From contig OZ336872.1 in the NCBI GenBank assembly GCA_965287045.1, forward strand, positions 23,064,001-23,128,000: a DNA stretch of 64,000 nt, read 5' to 3'. Shown piece by piece: positions 53,508 to 64,000 of the stretch. The notes beneath the pieces are model-generated. The model was given only the letters and a program-made list of their open reading frames with translations. It made no database searches and was not told the DNA's origin. This DNA is from Carcharhinus amblyrhynchos. Its lineage: Eukaryota. A program made the translations under genes and the position numbers. Each line of letters opens with the position of its first letter. The first letter of the stretch is position 1.

Positions 53508-53786
53508 CATAGAATCCCGAACACTACAGGAGGCCATTCAACCCATCAAGTCTGTACCGACCACAATGCCACCCAGCCCTATTCCCATAACCCCACACAT
53601 TTGCCCCGTCAATCCCCCTGACACGGCCAATTAACCCAATCCACACATCTTTGGAGTGTGGGAGGAAACCCACGCAGACATGGGGAGAATGTGCAAACTC
53701 CACGCAGCCAGTAACCCGAGGCTAGAATTGAACCTGGGTCCCAGGCGCAGTGAGGCAGCAGTGCTAATCACTGTGCCACCGTGCCA
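53508..53786 (-). mobile_element. HE1-like V-SINE
   Basis: Reverse complement of the consensus, ending gtgccaccgtgcc. Confidence 0.85.
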
Positions 53787-54300
53787 AAGCACAAAGGTTA
53801 AATGAAAAAAATGTTATGATCAAGGCCAGATATAAATAATCACACTGCTTTGATTCATAGCGAGTGAAGATACTTGTGTTTGCATAATAATGCAAAATAA
53901 CAATCATGCAATTCATCTTCACATCAGGGGGTTCCTTTGCTCAGAGTTAAACAAAATAACATTAACAAACCTCCCTCTCTGACTTAATTGGATCCGAAGA
54001 TCCATTTCTTTGACCAATCTTTTGATCAGCCCTACATTATCTTTAGATCTATGCTTCCCTGATTACACTTGCAAAACATCTTGGGATGAATTTTTATTTT
54101 AAAAGTTGCTATAAAAATATGAATTGATGCTGTTATGACTTCCTTCACATGCTGAACCAGTCAACAGCTTACCCTCAAAAGCTATCAATATTAAGAAGTT
54201 ACCCATTTTGGTCACTGGTATTTTTTTTACCTAGGTTCACAAAGCGAGGGCCCCAACAATCCCTGCTTTTTGCCCAGGACCAGGGTTTTCCTATCAAGAT

Positions 54301-54605
54301 GGCAGGACGGTGGCACAGTGGTTAGCACAGCTGCCTCACTATGGCAGAGACCCGGGTTCAATTCCGGCCTTGGGTCACTGCCTGTGTTGAGTTTGCATGT
54401 TCTCCCTGTGAGTCTCCTCCAGGTGCTCCGGTTTCCTCCCACACTCCAAAGATGTGCAAGTTAGGTTGATTGGCCGTGCTTAATTGCCCCTTAATGTCAG
54501 GGGGATAAATACACGTGATTACAGGGATAGGGTGGGATTGTTGCAGGGGCAGGCTTGATGGGCCAAATGTCCTCCTTTTGCACTGTTGGGACTTTATGAT
54601 TCTAT
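54301..54605 (+). mobile_element. HE1-like V-SINE
   Basis: ggacggtggcacagtggttagcac...cccgggttcaattcc. Confidence 0.85.
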
Positions 54606-55817
54606 TTTATGATGAGTGAGGTGTTTATCGATTATTGGTAACCAAGGACCATTGTGGAATATACTCTTTAGGGGAAAGTAACATTTAATTTTTTTATTTC
54701 AGTAATTAGTGTTTTTTTTTTAAAAAGTGAATATACTGTGCTTTAACAAAACCATTAAATGCAACTCTTTGCTGCCCCAAATGCTTTTTACATAAAAATG
54801 AGCAAACATCCCAAAATGTGACGGTATATGTTATCACATTATACAAGTGCAACAGAAGCGTTCCATTTAGATACGGTTACAATCCTGTAATCAGATGTGG
54901 TTTTCCCTCCCCTGTAGTCATTATTAAAAGTCCACTCCAGTTCATTAAGCGTCAGCATGTTCATCTGCTGATGAGACAATCTCTTGAAAAGCTGTAGCAT
55001 CAGGTTTCTGTTTCATAGAAAACACGGCCCAGATGAAGCAGGCAAATTTTCAACCTCAAATGATCAAAACTTAACAATACATTGTTGCCAGACTTCAATG
55101 GTGCTTTAATCCTGGTGGCTTAACTTTGGCAAATTTTAGGATTACGAATTGAACAAAAACAATTTTGAATTTAAAACAAAGCTGCAAACCAATTAAAATT
55201 AATGTAGAGCAAGTACTATTTCAAATTCAACAACACTAATACCTTTAATAAATGCAACAAGCTCTAAAGTAGCATTTTAGCTTTTAATCTAATAAATCTC
55301 ATCGGATCTTCAGATCCGTTATTAAGCTATAACAGCATTTTGTGTGGGTTCATTACTTCATTCAATGAAAACGCTAACAGAATGTACTCTTGCGGGTACA
55401 CAAGCGTAACTTCCATTTGGGATCATTTGAATATCCTGTCGGCCCAGTACAGATTTCGCTCTGGTTCTGCTTAGTCTTTGACAGCAGCTTGGTCAAGCGT
55501 GCTGCTCCCTAGCAGAGTGGCCTGGAAGTATGTTGACTGTATTGATGGAGATCTCCACAGAGATGTCCTCAATCAGCATTGTGCTGACTCGGAGATATTG
55601 TGGGTGTGAAAGAGAACATTAGGGTAAGAGGAAAAATAATGAGGATTTTTTAAAATGGATAATGCAGAATGAGACATGTATCCTTTTAATCATAAAGGAG
55701 TTCTTCATCACAACGTTTGACAATAAATCAGAATATTTGACTAAAAACTCCAAAAGCAATGATTTATTAATGCAGCTCTCACACTGTTCTACCGAGCCAT
55801 AAATAACACACCTCTTA

Positions 55818-56143
55818 ACACATTCCCTCAGCTCCATTCACATCCACACTCCCAGCATCATAGGCTGAACAAGTTATCTGAACATCAAATGATAAATTGT
55901 CACACCGTGCCATTATATCAGATTTTTTTATCTGGGTTACCTGAAACAATGTGCAGAATTTAATCTCCCGCATCCCCCCTCCCCCAGTCTCAAAACTTAC
56001 CTCATGGCAGGGCACTTGATCAGGCAGGAGAGTGTGGGTTGAAGACTCCATCACATTCCCTCAATTATCTCTGAGCAAGAAGACTTGTTGTTAGCCTTCC
56101 CATTCTTTGGAGTTCAACTAATAAACTGAGGGACAAAGTAAAA
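55818..56143 (+). repeat. Diverged direct repeat, copy A
   Basis: Aligns colinearly with 57422-57738 (e.g. cacactcccagcatca, tttatctgggttacc, ttgaagactccatca, gagggacaaagtaaaag). Confidence 0.85.
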
Positions 56144-57421
56144 GAGGTCACCCTTAAAAGGGGAACCCCATGATGTCATCTGAGGCTGTTGTGGCTAATT
56201 AAGGGCCTCATCTGGGAGTCCATAGAACAAAAGTCCTGTTGGGTGTGCTTATGGGTCCTACAAGAGTTCCGTTGTTGTCAGGCACTCAGTACTTGATTGA
56301 GGGATCTGGCATTGGGAAGAAGGGACCTGCCAAGTCACACCCTGTCCTTTGTCCTGACCCTCTGCATCCCCCACGCCGATTTATAACTTCCTTCCCGCAA
56401 CAATCCTGCCCTCACTCACTTGCCCATGCTGATCTCGGGACTCTAGCTGGTGCATTGTTGGAAGCTCCCAGTGGCATTGATGGCCATGAGGAGTCGTCCA
56501 CCTCTGATTGGTGGGCAGCTGTCACCAGGGATTGGGGACAGGCAGGAGTTCTTGCTCCAGGGCTTCTTAACCCCTGTGATGGCTCCTCGCTGGGCACATG
56601 TCTAATTTGGGAGGGATGAAAGAGAGAAGTGGGTCAGCCCCAAACTACTCAATGGGAGCTTCTGCCTGCTCTCCTGTCGGTGGGCAAGATCTATCAGCAC
56701 TTAGTTCCACTTTTTTTCAGGCACTTTGGTACCATTAGTGATGGGACCATAGATTTTATGCAAATGCTAACACATTTCACAAGCAGCAACTTTGGAGAAT
56801 CACAAATTGTCAGCATTTTGATATTCAAAATCAGAAAAAAAAACATTTTTCTTAAAAGATTTGTTAAAATGTTTAGTTTTAGACCCTGGCACTGGTGCAC
56901 ATGCTAGTTAGTAAATTTAGATAACATGGTTGCTGACTTGAATGACAAAAAATTTCCTTGGAACCCTGCCTGATGTTCCCCTCTCTTGTCTGGAACTCAG
57001 GCATTCTGCATTCATCCCCAACAAAACCACAACCAAAGTTCAAACTTTAAACAACTCATTTGGGAGTCACTTTTAACATCTGACTGCAATGAGGAAAATG
57101 CCTGTAACAAAGAACAGCTCAGCACTAGTAGCCACATTTTCCGTGTGGTCACTTAAGGCATGGAATTTCTTTTTATTTCATTGGGATGCTAATAAAAAGG
57201 AGAAATATCCCAAACTGAACAAATACAATAGGGCAATGAATAAGGATGCTATAATAGTAACTGCTACCCAGGCGTACAATGTTGTCAGCAAATAGCCAAC
57301 CAGGATCATAACAAACATACTATTACAACTATGAGTTTTTTCAGGTTATGCTGTTTGGGTACAGTCTGTAATTCAAGGCAAAATGAAGTTGGTCATGTGA
57401 CATGCTCATGATGTCTACGTG

Positions 57422-57738
57422 ACACATTCCCATAGATCCACTCACACTCCCAGCATCACAGGTTGGACAAGTTATCTGATCAAATGCTAAATTATCACAC
57501 CATGCCATCATTTTATCAGAGTTTTATCTGGGTTACCCGGAACAATGTGCAGAATCTAAGCCATTCACCCCCACCCCCGTCTCCAAACTCACCTCATAGC
57601 AGGGCACTTAATCAGGCAGGAGAGTGCGGGTTGAAGACTCCATCATATTCCCTCAATTACATTTGAGGCAAGAAGACTTGTTGACAGCCTTCCCACTCTG
57701 AGTTTAATCAATTATTAAATGGAGGGACAAAGTAAAAG
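57422..57738 (+). repeat. Diverged direct repeat, copy B
   Basis: Aligns with 55818-56143; roughly 80% identity estimated by eye. Confidence 0.85.
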
Positions 57739-58127
57739 CAAGCCTGGGTGGTTTGTTTGTTAAAAAGTTATTGGGGCTCTGAATGCATTACAGGGCAAGC
57801 AGCACAAGGGGCGCACACTTAGAGACAGTAACAGCGGCCTGTGTGCTAACAATGGTTAGCCTGAGTCTACAAAGTCCCAGAAAAACACCAAGATCAAAAC
57901 AGTTGTGCTTTAAACTGCCCATTTAGTTCCAAGATGAAAGAGATTTTGACTCTCAGAGATGCTAATTATCTTTCCTACCTAGGGGGAAGAAGACCCATGC
58001 GATTCAGATTGCTCTGGAAATGGACTGCAAGTGGGCAACAACTTTTAAAATCTCCCTGAAAACACTGCAAGTCTGCCAGATTCAGGCGAGAGAGAGAGAC
58101 AGAGAGTGAGCAAGAGCGACAGGTCAG

Positions 58128-58390
58128 TGACAGTGGCACAGCAGTTAGCATCGCTGCTTCCCGGCTTGGGTCACTGTCTATGCAGAGTGTGCACATTCTC
58201 CCCATGTCTGCTTGTGTTTCCTCTGGGTGCTCTGGTTTCCTCACACAGTCTGAAAGATGTGTTGGTTAGGTGGCCATGCTAAATTCTCCATCAGTGTACC
58301 CGAGTAGGCACTGTAATTGGCGACTAGGGGATTTTTACAGTAACTTCATTGCGGTGTTAATGTAAGCCTACTTGGGACACTAATAAATAG
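58128..58390 (+). mobile_element. HE1-like V-SINE
   Basis: Head with B-box deleted, V-core, alternative tail. Confidence 0.78.
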
Positions 58391-59001
58391 ATTTAAAACT
58401 TCAGGGCAGTTAGGATCAAACATTTCTATGGTTCATTGTACCGGAATGTCGGTGGAAGCTCATGCATGGGGTACAAAGTCCAAATTCATGGTGAGTTAAA
58501 ATGAGGCTGGAAGATTTGTTTAGCTAAAGAAAGAAATCTCTAGAAAAACTCGCACCAAAGACAGTTCTGAAGTTAAAAGTTTCCAGGCTGAAATTCTTGG
58601 GAGGCAAGAAACCTTTTGGACTGATCTTGGGGGAATTGAACGTCCAGTTAAAGGACAGTGTAACACAGACCTGTGCTAAAAATATAAAAGCAGGATATTC
58701 TGTCCTTTTGTTTAAAATACAAGTAATTTAAAAGGTAGTGTTTAATTATGGCATTTATAGTCATTTGTCACAGTACATGAATTAAAACGGTGACATCCTG
58801 TCATATCATTCTTTCAGCTATTAATTGGAAGTTCAAATTTCTTTTTATAAGTTATTGGTCTCTATGGAGATCATAACAGTGCGCTGTCAATAGAAGTGTA
58901 TGACAAGGAAAAAAAGGGAATACAAAATGTCTGATGAACAAAGTAAAACTAGAGAACTCTAGTCAAAAGATACACCTTTAATCATGGCGTTCTTTCTGAA
59001 C

Positions 59002-61546
59002 ATAGAGCATTACAGCACAAACAGGCCCTTTGGCCCACAAGTTGCACCGATCACATCAATATCTACCAATCCATAGACCTATCTATAACTCCCAATCCCA
59101 TTAAGTCCCATATACTCATCCAGAAGTCTTTTAAAAGACCCCAGCGAGTTCGCCTCCACCACCACTGACGGCAGCCGATTCCATTTACTCACCACCCTCT
59201 GAGTGAAAAACTTACCCCTAACATCACCTCTGTAGTTGCTTCCCTGCACCTTAAATCTGTGTCCTCTCGTAGCGACCATTTCAACCTGGGGAAATAGCCT
59301 CTGAGAATCCACCCTATCTATTCCTCTCAACATTTTATAAACCTCTATCAGGTCGCCTCTCAACCTTCGTCTCTCCAGGGAGAAGAGTCCCAGCTCCCTC
59401 AACCTATCTACATAAGGCATGCCTCCCAATCCAGGCAACATCCTTGTAAATCTCCTCTGTACCCTTTCAATAGCTTCTACGTCCTTCCTATAGTGAGGCG
59501 ACCAGAACTGCGCACATTACTCCAACTGGGGCCTGACAAGGGTCTTATAAAGTTGCAGCATTACCTCCTGATTCCTAAACTCAATCCCTCGATTAATGAA
59601 GGCCAGTACACCATACGCCTTCTTAACCACATCCTCTACTTGTGAGGCCGATTTAAGAGTCCTGTGGACCCGGACCCCAAGATCCTTCTGCTGCTCAACA
59701 CTGCTAAGACTCCTGCCCTTGATAGTGTACTCGTTCATCCCATTGGTCCTGCCAAAATGGACGACTACACATTTATCCGCGTTGAAGTCCATCTGCCACT
59801 TCTCCGCCCAGTCTTGCATCCTATTTATGTCCTGCTGCAACTTCTGACATCCTTCCAGACCATCCACAACACCACCGACCTTCGTGTCATCAGCGAACTT
59901 ACTAACCCATCCCTCCACTTCCTCATCTAGGTCATTTATGAAAATGACAAACAGCAAGGGTCCTAGAACAGATCCCTGGGGCACTCCACTGGTGACTGAC
60001 CTCCATGCAGAAAAAGACCCATCCACAGCCACTCTCTGCCTTCTGTAGGCAAGCCAGTTCTGGATCCACAAGGCCAAAGCCCCTTGGATCCCATGCCCTC
60101 TCACCTTCTCAAGAAGTCTTGCATGGGGGATCTTATCAAACGCCTTGCTGAAGTCCATGTACAACATGTCCACTGCACTTCCTTCGTCAATGTGTTCAGT
60201 CACATTTTCAAAGAACTCAACTAGGCTCGTAAGGCACGACCTGCCCTTGACAAAACCATGCTGACTATTTCTGATCATGCTAAACCTCTCCAAATGCTCA
60301 TAAATCTTGTCCCTCAGAAGCCTCTCCATCAGCTTACCAACCACTGAGGTCAGACTCACCGGTCGGTAATTTCCCGGGCTATCTCTGTTCCCTTTCTTGA
60401 AAATAGGAACCACATCCGCAATCCTCCAATCCTCTGGAACCTCTCCCGTCTCCATTGACGATGCAAAGATCATCGCCAGGGGCTCTGCAATCACCTCCCA
60501 CAGTAACCTGGGGTACATCCCATCTGGTCCTGGCGACTTATCTATTTTGATAGAATTCAAAAGTTCTAACACATCCTCTTGCTTAATACCCACATACTCA
60601 AATCTTTTCCATCTGCTGCAAACCTGTAGCAAAATCTCCCAGATCAGTTTCCACCGTGAATACTGAGGCAAAGTACTCATTAAGCACCTCTGCCATTTCT
60701 TCTGGTTCCACACAGACCTTTCCCCCTTCACCTTTTATAGGTCTTATCCCTTCTCTTCTCATCCTTTTACTTTCCACATATTTATAAGGCGGCCTTGGGA
60801 TTCTCCTTAATCTTACCCACTAAGGCCTTCTCATGACCCCTTCTGGCTCTCCTAATTTCCCTTTTAAGCTCCTTCCTACAATCCTTATACTCCTCTAGAT
60901 CCTTAACATCTCCTAGCTCCCTGAACCTTTTGTACACATTCCTTTTCCTCCTGACTAGGTTCACCACAGCCTTCATGCACCATGGTTCCCGCGACCTACG
61001 AAAACCTCCTTGTCTCATCAGAACGTTGTCGCGCAGAGCTCCAGACAAACATTCCTTGAATATCCGCCACCTTCCTTCTGTACTTTTCCCCCAAGAATGC
61101 CTCCTTCCAGTTTATTTGTCCAATTAACTTCCTGACGTCTTCATATTTCCCCTTACTCCAGACAAACACCTTCCTAGCCTGCCTGATCCTATCTCGTTCC
61201 AATGCAAACGTGAAGGAGATAGAATTATGATCACCATTCCCAAGATGCTCTCCTACCGAGAGATCCGTCACCTGTCCTGGTTCATTCGCCAGTACCAGGT
61301 CAAGTACAGCCTCTCCTCTCGTAGGCTTATCCACGTACTGTGTCAGGAAACCTTCCTGAACACACCTAACAAACTCCTCCCCATCCAAACCCCTTACCCT
61401 TGGGATATTCCAATCGATGTTTGGGAAATTGAAGTCTCCCATCACGACAACTCTGTTATTACTACATCTCTCTAGAATCTGTTTCCCTATCTGCACCTCA
61501 ACTTCCCTGTCACTATTGGGCAGCCTACAGAATACACTCAGCAAAG
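59002..61546 (-). mobile_element. 5'-truncated CR1 (HER1-like) LINE; ORF2 endonuclease C-terminus plus RT, frameshifted
   Basis: ORFs 60996-61589 (VVVMGDFNFPNIDW, DHN), 59517-60731 (NYRPVSLTS, GVPQGSVLGPLLF, KFADDTK) and 59079-59441. Candidate 8-bp TSD TTCTGAAC at 58994-59001 and 61547-61554. Confidence 0.93.
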
Positions 61547-61684
61547 TTCTGAACTGTATATCAAATAAATTTCTAGAGTTTGCTGCCATGATTTACTGGC
61601 AATGTGTGGAATTACAATACATTGGGTCTTGACATGCACCAATAATTGTCAGCAAGTTAAATTAGGTTTTCAGGGTCCAAAAAC

Positions 61685-61998
61685 CATAGAATCCCTACAG
61701 TGCAAAAGGAGGCTATTTGGTCCATTGTGTCCGCACCAACGCATACCCAGGCTTAACCTGTATACCCCGCTAAGCCCATAAACCTATAGATCTTGGGACA
61801 CTAGGAAGCAATTTAGCATGGCCAATACACCCAACCTGCACTCTTTTGGACTGTGGCAGGAAACCGGACTGTCTGGAGGAGACTCATGCAGACATAGGGA
61901 GAAGGTACAAACTTTACTTCTGACAGTCCACCAAGGTCAGAATTGAACCTGGGTTCCTGGCGCAGTGAGGCAGCAATGCTAACCACCGTACCACCCAT
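61685..61998 (-). mobile_element. HE1-like V-SINE
   Basis: catagaatccctacagtgc...gaattgaacctgggttcctggcgcagtgaggcagc. Confidence 0.82.
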
Positions 61999-63614
61999 AA
62001 GCCTTGATTCAGACTGTTGATATTTCAGAAAAAAGGACCGTCCCTCTTTTCAACATATATCTGTCCAAAGAATTGGAAAGGAATAACTAAGTATGTATAC
62101 ATGGAGCATTGCTAGCATTATTAAAAAGTTTGTTGACAGCAGTGTAGGTGATTAGCTGTCAAATTTGGTTCGATAGCACTCATGAAGCACCTTGGAATAT
62201 TTTACTCTGCTGAGAGCGCTATATACAAATACAGATTTTTGTTATCAATTCCGGAGATATTTCATTTTCAGATGGAACATCACTATCAGTAGGTCAGGCA
62301 GTCTGCAGCAAAGCATCAAGGTTTGCCACTGGCCTTGTAAAAAGCTGAACAAAAATGATCTACTGATCTCGGTGATGTGCTTTTTCCTTTTGCTGACAGT
62401 GGTTTAAATCTGATGCCAAGTTAAGGGGATGTCTCTATGAGCAGCAGTAATGTCAGCAAGCAGGGAAACAGCAATCACACTAAGGCGTTCACACACAGTA
62501 AAACAGGATGTTAAAAAAATCATCTTTGACATTTCTTTGTAAGAGAAAGGATAGGAGTGCGCCCGGCGACAATCAAACAGGCAATTCAACCGATTAAGGG
62601 GCTAATTGGATGCAATTTTATGTGGCCTATCTGCTTTTACAGTCAGTGAGCGGGCTGATTAGTCAGGAGGCTCTCTGTTTTTGATCCTTCAGGCCTGAAA
62701 TAAAATTAAAAATGGTGTCTGGGGACAGAGGTTTGTGTTTGGATATGCTAAACTCTCCTTGCAGCATTTTCCATCGGAATTTTTTTTTCCAAACAAAAAA
62801 GGTCTGCAGCTTCCTGAGGCAGATCCACATTGACTGTCCCCCTTCAGGGGGCGCAGTATGAAGGCCTGCCCGTACCCTCCTTTTTCTCCCTGCCTGCTCT
62901 CCCCAGCAGGGCTGAACTTTTTCTAGTTAGCCAGTGTGAAATCATGCCCTGGGGTTGATCACGACCCAGTATTTCATACCCGCTTCTGGGCCTGCCAAAT
63001 ACGCGCACCCAACAAGCAAAACAGTTCAGTCCATGGAGTTAAGGTAGATAAATGAAATTGAGGGACACATCAGTCAAGATAAAATCCAATGGCTGAATAT
63101 AGTGTGGAAAAACCTACTTCTGCTCCTATGTATTGTCATGAGGCTATGTCCCTTTATTTTTGAAAATATAGTTAACTGCCTGCAAGTTTTGCAATTTGAA
63201 ATGAGATAGAACAAATTACTTAAAAATGCAAGGTCACTTCCAGGGTGAAGGTGAAAATCCTACAAAATCATCCTCAGGGAATGTGGAGAGAGAGAGAGAT
63301 GTTTTATAATTCAGAGATGCAACAAACTTGACACTGTCTAAAGAAGAGACATTAGAATGCAAAGTTCTAAGAATTGAAACAATGTTCATCACAGGCGGAT
63401 CCCCCAAAACTTCTTGGAAATACACAATGGGTTGGAGTATTTCAGGGCAAGATTGCCAGCCACTGCAGCGAGATTGTGACAAAGTGCTCAAAAAAGGAAA
63501 CAGACTGAAAGCTGGGTTCTCTCCCTCTTGGGACAAGTGTATTATCTAGTTCAGGAGCCAACTTTACTAGAAATTTACAAGTGAAGTGAGATCTTATAAG
63601 TACAACATTTTTCA

Positions 63615-63800
63615 CTCGCTAAACATATTTAAGACGCGGGTAGATAGGTTTTCGATAGGCAAGGGGATTAAGGGTTATGGGGAAAGGGCGGGAAAGTGGA
63701 ACTGAGCCACGACAGATCAGCCATGATCTTATTGAATGGTGGGGCAGGCTCGAAGGGCCAGATGGCCTACTCCTGCTCCTATTTCTTACGTTCTTATGTT
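63615..63800 (+). mobile_element. CR1 3' tail
   Basis: agatcagccatgatcttattgaatggtggggcaggctcgaagggccagatggcctactcctgctcctatttctta. Confidence 0.8.
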
Positions 63801-63911
63801 CACACCTAACTGTATCCATGAAACCAATTAATCCAAATTGGTCACAATTAAAAATCTACAACTCAAGGACACTTAACCTTACAAACTTTTATTTTATTAT
63901 ACTTTAACTCT

Positions 63912-63947
63912 GCGTGTGTGTGTGTGTGTGTGTGTGTGTTTGTGTGC
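63912..63947. repeat. (TG)n microsatellite
   Basis: Direct reading. Confidence 0.95.
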
Positions 63948-64000
63948 GCATCCTCCAATGGCTGTATGAGAACTGTCATTTTATTATTCTAGAGTTTATT

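Noticed and set aside
53989-55318. Two similar 6-bp hairpins (tggatc-cgaa-gatcca at 53989, cggatc-ttca-gatccg at 55303) in inverted orientation
   Set aside because: Too short to exclude chance; no TSD or extended homology seen.
57840-58878. Possible solo LTR ending ggagatcataaca, and a possible LTR start near 63136
   Set aside because: I could not define both termini or a TSD.
59517-60731. 404-aa RT ORF as an active or domesticated gene
   Set aside because: Part of a 5'-truncated CR1 with frameshifts on both sides.

Overview
Vertebrate genomic DNA. The repeat content (HE1/V-SINE-type SINEs, CR1/HER1-type LINEs, a DeuSINE, Penelope remnants) points to a shark or other elasmobranch; this is an inference. 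The window holds part of IQSEC1 (BRAG2/GEP100, ARF-GEF) on the minus strand. I read four internal coding exons with canonical, phase-consistent GT-AG boundaries (21173-20891, 15637-14355, 5598-5437, 1768-1646), the MWCLHC-type first coding exon (32733-32669, absent from the ORF track), and a second candidate first exon (30205-30177). The gene continues past the left edge. The rest is intronic or upstream DNA full of retroelements. The most unusual feature is a young, TSD-flanked insertion of about 440 bp at 11295-11730. It is built from three Penelope-type pseudo-LTR units, each carrying a minimal hammerhead ribozyme: two in tandem on the IQSEC1 sense strand and one inverted. The units are separated by two exact copies of a 47-bp sequence also found 1.2 kb away (12746-12792). 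Repeat coordinates and family names were assigned by eye and are approximate.
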